IMG/VR virus record: IMGVR_UViG_3300029923_000016
Length of the DNA: 20,000 nucleotides
From: an uncultured virus (IMG/VR IMGVR_UViG_3300029923_000016)
Lineage: Duplodnaviria; Heunggongvirae; Uroviricota; Caudoviricetes
Strand: one strand, 5' to 3'
Positions 6,440 to 14,300 of this stretch are shown here, in pieces. How positions within the stretch are numbered: position 1 is the first letter of the stretch; every line of letters starts with the position of its first letter. A program made the position numbers and the translations under genes. The notes under the pieces are model-generated. The model was not told the DNA's origin, made no database searches, and was given only the letters and a program-made list of their open reading frames with translations.

Positions 6440-7417
6440 ATGAGCAACTTAAGCATATTTAAAAACGGCGGCGGCGTCCCTGCCCATCTTCAAAAAAGAG
6501 AGCTGTCTGCCGCCACCAAAGCCTTGATGGGTGGTTTTGAAAACCGCCGTATCTCTATCCGGGGCGGGGTCTTCCGCAAGGTCATCAATGGTCAGGAGGT
6601 GGGTTCCATCCCCGAACGGGCACTGAACGTGGTCATTGTTGGCGTCGCCGAGCATACTTCCCGGCAGTATTACAAAGCCGCCTATCAGGAGAATGCCGAC
6701 CCGGTGGCACCGGACTGCTACAGTGCTGACGGCATCACGCCGATGGCAACAGCGACGGCGATTCAAGCAGCCACCTGCGCCGCCTGTCCACAGAATATCG
6801 CAGGCTCAGGCCAAGGTGATTCCAAAGCCTGCCGCTTCCAACGCCGCATTGCGGTGGTCTTGGAGAAAAACCTGGAAGATGGTGAGGTTTATGAAATGAC
6901 GCTGGCAGCGACCAGTCTGTTTGGTGGCAAGGGCAAGCCTGACCCCGACAAGATGGGCATGCGCCAGTACGCCAACTTTTTGGGTGGTTACGGCGTCAAC
7001 ATCGACGCCGTGGTCACTGAATTGCGCTTTGATTTGGACGCCGCCACCCCGAAATTACTGTTCGCGGCATTAAGACCGTTAGAGACGGATGAGCTGTTGC
7101 TGGTTGAGGAATATTCCAAATTGCCGGAGACTATCCAGGCTATCACATACAGCTTTGGTGGGGTGGTGGTGAAACCGGCGGCTGCCGAATTGCCCTTTAT
7201 CCAGCCTCGCCCAGCTCCTGCCCCCGCAGCTGCGTCAGTGCCTGAGCCAGAGCCCGTCGTTCCGGCACGCACAAGGGTCACTCGAAATCGCCCCGCCGCA
7301 GCCGCTGCGCCTGCCCCTGAAGTCATTCCGGAGCCGATACGCCGTGAAAGCCACGCCGCGCCGCAACCCGCCTCGACAAATATTGATGAGCTGCTATCGG
7401 AGTGGGGCGACGAGTGA
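6440..7417 (+). CDS. putative single-stranded DNA-binding/annealing protein
   Basis: RISIRGGVF N-terminus, Cys cluster (PDC...CAAC...KAC), Pro/Ala-rich linker and acidic aromatic tail DELLSEWGDE; located just before the primase. Confidence 0.65.
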   Translation: MSNLSIFKNGGGVPAHLQKRELSAATKALMGGFENRRISIRGGVFRKVINGQEVGSIPERALNVVIVGVAEHTSRQYYKAAYQENADPVAPDCYSADGITPMATATAIQAATCAACPQNIAGSGQGDSKACRFQRRIAVVLEKNLEDGEVYEMTLAATSLFGGKGKPDPDKMGMRQYANFLGGYGVNIDAVVTELRFDLDAATPKLLFAALRPLETDELLLVEEYSKLPETIQAITYSFGGVVVKPAAAELPFIQPRPAPAPAAASVPEPEPVVPARTRVTRNRPAAAAAPAPEVIPEPIRRESHAAPQPASTNIDELLSEWGDE

Positions 7418-7423
7418 TATAAT
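7415..7423 (+). promoter_or_regulatory. possible extended -10 promoter
   Basis: TGaTATAAT overlapping the SSB stop codon, about 12 nt before pentamer tract 4; no good -35. Confidence 0.5.
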
Positions 7424-7435
7424 TTTTCTTCCATA

Positions 7436-7490
7436 GCGATGCGATGCCTAGCCTAGCTTAGCGTTGCGATGCGATGCTATGCAGTGCAAA
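7436..7490 (+). repeat. GCNNW pentamer tract 4 (11 units)
   Basis: gcgat gcgat gccta gccta gctta gcgtt gcgat gcgat gctat gcagt gcaaa, followed by the palindrome gccactttaaagtggc (7492-7507). Confidence 0.95.
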
Positions 7491-7513
7491 GGCCACTTTA
7501 AAGTGGCAAGAAC

Positions 7514-7540
7514 GAGCGGCTTAGGCCGCTCCTTTTTCCT
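7514..7540 (+). terminator. intrinsic terminator-like hairpin
   Basis: gagcggc-ttag-gccgctc followed by ctttttcct. Confidence 0.7.
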
Positions 7541-7558
7541 CTTCGGGACACATCAAAA

Positions 7559-10357
7559 ATGGACCCACATGATTTCCTCAGCTCCATCCTACCCAACACC
7601 GGCCCGTACTGTTTCACCCTCATTAAGAACGGCCTCGTTAATCAACAATTCATTGATGCTATCCCCACTGATGCCGAGCTCGTAGAGTTCGCCAACGACT
7701 ACGCCGACCACGATATTTATTTCGCCGTCGCCAGCTTCCAAACCAAAACCAGCCGCACCCAAGCCAATGTCGCCCAACTTAAATCCTTATGGATTGATTT
7801 GGACGTCGGCGGCAAATCAGCCTATGCTACCAAGAAGGATGCCAAACAAGCGCTTGATAAATTCGTCGCTGCTGCCGGGCTTCCTGCACCTACGCTGGTA
7901 GACTCCGGTGGTGGTGCACATATCTATTGGCCACTAACACAGGCTATTGATATCCCTGAGTGGAAGGCGTTGGTTCTGGCATTACTAAGCAAAGCGACGG
8001 AGCACGGGTTTAGCATTAAAGACATCGGTGTTTCCAAAGACAGCGCCCGCATTCTACGGGTTCCCGGAACAACTAACCATAAGTTCGACCCACTGCGACT
8101 CGTCGCCGTTATCAAGACTGGCACACCAACCGACCCGACTGTACTGGGGAGTTTGCTTAGCGTCGGCGCACCCATCCCGAATAATCCCAAAGTTAGAACG
8201 AATCTAACTTCACAGGCGGTAAGTAAACTCTCTCCGTTAACCCGCGCCTTGATGTCTCACCAAGGCCAGCAATACGGGCAGGTGATTACCCGGTCGATGC
8301 AGGGAACAGGTTGTGTGCAGTTGGCTAATGCTTATATCAATCAGGATGATTTAACGGGTATGCATTGGTGGAGCGTGATGTCTATCCCGCAGTTCACCGA
8401 GCAACGCCAGGAAGCGGTGCATAACCTCTCCTATCAGCACAGCAACTATTCAATCGAAGCCACCTTGCTTAAGGCCGAGCGCACCGACGGGCCGTATGCC
8501 TGCGCCAAGATAAGCGAGCATCGTCCGGAGCTCTGCACCGCCTGCCCTCATTACGGGAATATCACTTACCCTTTTTTGCTCGATAGGACCCCCCGCCCGG
8601 AGCAGGTCCACCCACTCAATGAAGACATTGCCCGCAGCGGCTTACCCCCCATAGTTTATCCGTATTTACCCGGCGCGCGGGCGGGTATTTATGTTAAACA
8701 ATTTATCCCTAACAAAGACGGCGACGGTGGCTCCATGGCCATCAAACACGTCTACAATCATACCTTTTACGTGTCAGGGCGCTGCCTTGACCCGCACGAG
8801 GGAGAGCTGGTCCACATGAAACTGATACGCCCCCACGACGGTGTTAAGGACTTTTCCGCGCCGTTATCCGAGATTACCGCCAAGGAGAAATGCAGGGAGC
8901 ACTTCTCCAAACAAGGCATGGCCGCAGATGCGTTTAAAATGAAGATGCTGATGGAATACACCACCGAGTTTTGCAGTTACTTACAAGAGATCGACAAAGC
9001 CGACAATATCCGTGTCCAGTTCGGTTGGCATGACAATGACACCTGCTTCATTGTCGGCAACCGGGAGATTCGCAAAGACGGCATCTATTACTCAATGCCC
9101 TCCAACGATACCCTGCAAGCCTCTGTCCAGTTTACCAAAGTCGGTACCTTGGCGGCATGGCAATCGGTCGCTCAGCGCTACGCAGGGCCTGATAATGAGG
9201 TACGGGCATTTGCCTTAATGATAGGCTTGGGCTGCCCGATGTTCAAATACTTGGGTCACGGCGGCGCTATCCTGCACTTGACCAACACACTATCGGGTGT
9301 CGGTAAGTCTGCCGCCCAAGGCTTGGCATTGAGCGCCTGGGGTCACCCCGACAAGGGCATGAGTCTGATGAAAGACACCCTGAACATGCGTCTGCATCGC
9401 CTGGGTGTGATGAACAATGTGGTGTTCTGCATGGATGAAATCACCCAGATGACCGCCGAAGAAGTCGGTACCCTGGCGTACTCGATTAGCCAAGGCCGAG
9501 GCAAAGGCCGCATGGAGGCGTCGGCCAACCGTGAGCGGGCCAATAACACCACCTGGAGCGTGCCGTGCATTACCTCGGGCAACGCCAATATCCATGACGT
9601 CTTAAAAGCCAACAGCATGAACTCCGATGGCGAGGTCATGCGGGTGCTGGAGATGCGCGTCGAGCCCATCACCGGCATCACCAAGGAAGAGTCTGACCGA
9701 CTGTTTATTGATGTCCTGCAGAACAACTACGGGCATGCGGGGGAAATCATTGTCCAGTATATCCTCAACCATCGGGAGGAGTGCTTCACGCGTCTGAAGG
9801 CCATCCAGAAAGAGTTTGATTTGGCCATGGGCTACCTTAACCCCGAGCGCTATTATTCATTGCTCACAACCACAGCCTTATGGGGTGGGGAGATTGGCAA
9901 CATGCTCGGCCTGATTGATATCCCGCTGGCGCCTATTGTAGATTACTTGATGAAACAAAACACAGACACCCGTAGCGAGGTGCGTACGCCTGAGCAAATA
10001 TCGGGTAATACCATCGGGACATTTATCAACGAGCACGCCGGCAATCATACCTTGGTGATTGACATGCGCCCGTCGAATATCCCCGGTGACCTACGCCCGG
10101 CGGTACAAATGCCGCGTGGCGAGCTGATGATACGCATTGAAACCGATACCAAAATGATTTATATCACCACTACCAGCCTGCGCAGTTGGTGCAGCAAGAA
10201 GCGGGTGTCGTTCAATGACACCGTCGAGGAGCTCAAGACCAAAGGTGCTTTGATAACCACCGGTCAAGTGAAGATGGCCGAAGGCACGCAGACATCATCG
10301 CCCGCAGTACGGGCGCTTATTTTAGACAAGACAATTTTAGATGAGATGGGGTTATAA
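7559..10357 (+). CDS. primase-helicase: RepB-like AEP primase fused to a DUF927-type P-loop domain
   Basis: LWIDLD, VDSGGGAHIYW and RILRVPGT.N.K primase motifs; C...CxxC Zn site; FGWH, SGVGKS (Walker A), FCMDEIT (Walker B), QGRGKGR. Confidence 0.88.
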   Translation: MDPHDFLSSILPNTGPYCFTLIKNGLVNQQFIDAIPTDAELVEFANDYADHDIYFAVASFQTKTSRTQANVAQLKSLWIDLDVGGKSAYATKKDAKQALDKFVAAAGLPAPTLVDSGGGAHIYWPLTQAIDIPEWKALVLALLSKATEHGFSIKDIGVSKDSARILRVPGTTNHKFDPLRLVAVIKTGTPTDPTVLGSLLSVGAPIPNNPKVRTNLTSQAVSKLSPLTRALMSHQGQQYGQVITRSMQGTGCVQLANAYINQDDLTGMHWWSVMSIPQFTEQRQEAVHNLSYQHSNYSIEATLLKAERTDGPYACAKISEHRPELCTACPHYGNITYPFLLDRTPRPEQVHPLNEDIARSGLPPIVYPYLPGARAGIYVKQFIPNKDGDGGSMAIKHVYNHTFYVSGRCLDPHEGELVHMKLIRPHDGVKDFSAPLSEITAKEKCREHFSKQGMAADAFKMKMLMEYTTEFCSYLQEIDKADNIRVQFGWHDNDTCFIVGNREIRKDGIYYSMPSNDTLQASVQFTKVGTLAAWQSVAQRYAGPDNEVRAFALMIGLGCPMFKYLGHGGAILHLTNTLSGVGKSAAQGLALSAWGHPDKGMSLMKDTLNMRLHRLGVMNNVVFCMDEITQMTAEEVGTLAYSISQGRGKGRMEASANRERANNTTWSVPCITSGNANIHDVLKANSMNSDGEVMRVLEMRVEPITGITKEESDRLFIDVLQNNYGHAGEIIVQYILNHREECFTRLKAIQKEFDLAMGYLNPERYYSLLTTTALWGGEIGNMLGLIDIPLAPIVDYLMKQNTDTRSEVRTPEQISGNTIGTFINEHAGNHTLVIDMRPSNIPGDLRPAVQMPRGELMIRIETDTKMIYITTTSLRSWCSKKRVSFNDTVEELKTKGALITTGQVKMAEGTQTSSPAVRALILDKTILDEMGL

Positions 10358-10362
10358 AAACT

Positions 10363-10560
10363 ATGTGTAATTGCGCAGAAGAAATTAATGTCAAATTAGC
10401 CGATATGAATTTACGCTTGGTCGGCGCGTTTATTCTTTCAAAAGACATGGAGTTAACCTATAAGTTGTGTGTCGCTACAGAAAAGATTGACACTAAAATC
10501 CGTAAAAATCCGCCCTCTGTAACGGTTACTTTTTGCCCGTTTTGTGGGGAGAAGCAATGA
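10363..10560 (+). CDS. small Zn-binding protein (65 aa)
   Basis: N-terminal CNC and C-terminal FCPFCG. Confidence 0.75.
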   Translation: MCNCAEEINVKLADMNLRLVGAFILSKDMELTYKLCVATEKIDTKIRKNPPSVTVTFCPFCGEKQ

Positions 10561-10916
10561 CCACCATCACCCGCAAAGAGATGGCCGAGCTGGCCGGTAT
10601 TACTCTGGAAGCCGTAGCGTCCTACGCACGCGGCAAGCACAGTAGGCTCCCCAAAATACACCATCGTGTCAAGAACACGTTTTACTATGATAAAGTCGAG
10701 GCCGAGAACTGGGCGGCGAATTATCGGGAGATGGTGCAGGCCAAAGCCGAAGGGACGTTTCAATCCAAACCCGAAGGCCTGCCGATGCCGTTCCAACTGT
10801 CTATTGACCAAAGAATTGACTATAGATTACGGCTTATGAAAGCCCGACACAATAAACCACAAACTATCAAAGTAGAAGTAAAGGAGCTAAATATATGGGC
10901 GTTATCCCGAAATTAG
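10557..10916 (+). CDS. putative HTH DNA-binding protein
   Basis: ATG at 10557 (ATGA coupling, GGGAG RBS); ITRKEMAELAGITLEAVASY...LPK is an HTH-like pattern. Confidence 0.7.
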   Translation: MTTITRKEMAELAGITLEAVASYARGKHSRLPKIHHRVKNTFYYDKVEAENWAANYREMVQAKAEGTFQSKPEGLPMPFQLSIDQRIDYRLRLMKARHNKPQTIKVEVKELNIWALSRN

Positions 10917-11119
10917 AAGACCTATGGAGTCGTATCGAAAATCAAATGCATGAAGATGGCTTTTCAGATATGTCCGTTACCGCCGCAAAAGTTGGTTTCT
11001 ATAAAGGGTTTATCCTATCATTGGAGACACAGAAGGAACTGCGCATGTGCCTATCGTCGTTTGAAATGGACAGGGTCATCCATGATTGGGACGTAGAAGC
11101 CTACCATGCCCTTGTTTAA
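10895..11119 (+). CDS. hypothetical protein (74 aa)
   Basis: RBS AAGGAG; overlaps both neighbours. Confidence 0.65.
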   Translation: MGVIPKLEDLWSRIENQMHEDGFSDMSVTAAKVGFYKGFILSLETQKELRMCLSSFEMDRVIHDWDVEAYHALV

Positions 11120-11351
11120 CCCGACAGAGTATCAAGGTTTGAGGCTCAAACTAGCGTGGGATGAATTGGAGATTGGCTTCTCATTTTTCATCCCGTGCTT
11201 AGACACGGAGACAATGCTCCGCACCATCTATACCGAAGCGGAGCGTAGGGGATATAAGCTTATCCACGAAGAACGTACAGAAAATGGTATGGCTGGCGTC
11301 CGTTGGTGGAGGGTTCCTCTTACGGACGATACACCCGATTATACGTCCTAG
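11106..11351 (+). CDS. hypothetical phage protein (81 aa)
   Basis: W..LEIG.SFFIPC...E.G..GVR.WR pattern; last gene of the + strand module. Confidence 0.7.
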   Translation: MPLFNPTEYQGLRLKLAWDELEIGFSFFIPCLDTETMLRTIYTEAERRGYKLIHEERTENGMAGVRWWRVPLTDDTPDYTS

Positions 11352-14300
11352 AGGCGCTCTCGGTAATCCGCTTTATCTGTGCATCAATGCGTTCGAGGCG
11401 CGCACGCTTAGCTTCTGGCGATATTCTATCATTCGGCGTCGCCATGATTTTGTCCTTTTGCGCTGTTAGATCGTGTATTTTTGCTGTTTTTTGGTTTACT
11501 TCTCGTTGCACGCTGTCAGATAACAACCGGCGGTTATCCGCACGCCCCAAGGCCAGATTGGCCTCCCGCCGCTTAAATTCCCGCGCTTCTTTGGTCTTGC
11601 CCAATGCCTCGAAGCGATTCACACTGGCCTTAGCTTCCCGCGCCGCGCCTCCCAAGGTATAGAAATCATCCACCCCCTGCGTCATCCGGTCGTTACGCAG
11701 CGGCATGCCCGGAATGTCTTTCGCTGATTTACCGTAACCGATATTAAACTGGTCTTCACGCGTGGCCGTATACGGAATATCCAAGCCGGCCCGTAGCGCC
11801 ATGTCGGTCACCATCATGGTCGTTGCCCCTGCATAGCCAAAATAGCCCTTAATAAAATGGTCGACCAAAAACGGTGACAGGCCGGCATGACCTAATAGTT
11901 TAGCCAGCTCTGAGGTCTTCTCGTTGTACTGCAGTTCCGGCGTCCCCGATAAATGCTTGTAGCGCTCGGGGATAATCGGGCGGTTGGTGTGGAAATCAAT
12001 ACCCGTGATATTCTCCAAGACCGGCTTGATAACTGTCGGCCCCATCGGTGCCCCGGCTAATATGCGCACTGTCGTATCCAACATAGCTTGACGGGTCTGA
12101 TACGGGTTCTCACTACCCTTATCCATCAGATATCGGTACACATGGTTCATGGCAATAAACGACAGTGAGAATACGTCCGCCCGCACCGTCATCGCATAGT
12201 CTGATTTAGAGCCGAACGGGTAGATATGGGTGTCGCGCTCCTGGATATCTTTCTTCTTGAACTCGTCGTCATCCCCCAACATCATGTTGTATAAAAAGGT
12301 AAACGTTGCCACTTGTGCCGAGGTGGCTGCCAAGCGCATCAGCGCTTCTTTGCGGGCAACGGGCGAGATGCCGCGCCCCGAGATGATATTGAGCTGGGTG
12401 CGGGTTGCCTGTAAATACGCCCCTAAAAACGGCGTCACTTGCATGAACGCACTTAAGGTCGCATTGGCACCCCGCTTCCTGAAGTTAATCACTTCAAACG
12501 CTCTTTGTTGGGCTATCATCTGCGCATTGGGTTGGCCTTTCATCTCTTTCATGGTACGCACATAGATGCCTTGACGGATGGCATTATCACCGACATTGGC
12601 GAAGTGCTCCAGTGCCCTATGCAGTGCCGCAAACGGACCTTTCTTAGCACGGCCATGCATGGCTAACTCGTGAATATGCTCGGTCGCCATACTGACGGTA
12701 TCTTTCTGTCCGACAATGCCGATGCCTTTTAAGTGCTCATGCGCATCGGTCGTGCCTTTCAACGTACCGGTCCACTCCTTGGCGATATCAATTAATAGCG
12801 CACCGGGGTTTTTGACCCCTGACGAGAACATCGCCGAGTAAGCGTCTTGCGGTAATTGATTTATCGTAAACAACGGGTCCAGTACGATGGCATTGCGCAG
12901 TCGGTTAGCGAACTTGGCGGCCATGGTTAAGGTAGGCAGGGCTACGGTATTGACGCCGTTAAACGCCGAGGTTAACAAAGGGTCTTCATACTCCCAATAC
13001 TCCTCACGCCCGTGCCGATAGACTTTAATGCCGCCGTTCTTGGTATTGGCCGCCGGCTTAACGGCACCGGGGTAAAAGTGCTTGGCGACAACCTCTTGGA
13101 GCTCCAGATTCTTGGCGTTCTTCACGCCTTTTACAAAGCTGTTGAGAATCCACTTCTCCATGTTCTCAACCATGTCTTTGACTTCCCGTTCGGAGCCTTT
13201 GATGGCATGCTCCTTTTGATTTGCCATTAAGCTCCGACCCCGTCCGCCCGCCATATAGCCATAAAATGCATCCGGGTCTTTCGCATCCATGAGCCGGTTG
13301 AACGGCACATACATCGTCGCGTCCATATAGGCTTTGGCCTGCTTCTCAGAATAGCGGCCCGTATCGACCAGGAACTTGACCATATAAGCCCGTACCCCAT
13401 GCCACTCTTTCAGTGCCTCGGCGTACTCGGGATGGTCGGCCAAGACTTTAAGCGCCGTGGCAATCTGGTCATCCGTCATGTGCTCTACATCCGCACGCCG
13501 CAAGATATTGGCGAACTTACGCTCAGCCATGGCTTTAACCTTAGGGTCGGTAGCCATATCAATGGCTTTCCGATAGGTCGCCGCCTGCTCACGGAACTCT
13601 TTGATACGCAGTGCTGAGGCAATATCGGTGAAAATGCCACTGACCGTCTCAAACGGCTTGCCTTGCTTCTTGGCATGCTTGGCCAGGATATCTTTCATCT
13701 TGGTGATGGAGAACTGCCCGGCCTTGGCCTCCCACTGCATCGTGTTTGGGTTGTAGTGCAACTCGCCTTGGATAGCGCCTTGGGCTGCCAGTGAATTGAC
13801 ATACACGGTCTGGCCTTGGAACGCCTGCGCCATAATCTTCTGTACCTCCGGCGTCGCCAAGCCCATCGCTTCCAAACGCGGCCGCAGTTGGTTATACAAT
13901 CCCGAGCTGTAGTCGAACAGTTCGTTCTCTATCTTGAGCACGGTGCGTTTTAGATTGGTCGAACGCGAGGGAATAGGCTTAGGTGGATTGGCTTTTAGGT
14001 GCTTCTCCCGCGCCGCTGCAAGCCGCTCCGCTTTTGCTGTTACGGCGGCTTCTTCAGACGAGGACAGCGCGTACGCTGTGTCAGCCCGTGAACCTGCATA
14101 TTTCAACGCCGACACCGCTAATTGCCGTGCGTCAGCCTCGGTGAACTTACTGCCAATGCCCAGATTAGCCCGCGCCCAATTACGGACGGCTGATATCAAT
14201 CGGCGAACCAATGAGTGCTTGGGTGCGTGCTCAACCAGATGGGCTAAGGCTTCTTCGGGAATCAAATGGCTTGGAGTGGACTTCGGTACCGCTTCACGCG

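Noticed and set aside
7464..7685. 73-aa ORF starting in pentamer tract 4
   Set aside because: TTG start with no RBS, crosses a terminator and overlaps the primase out of frame; the translation simply reflects the repeat.
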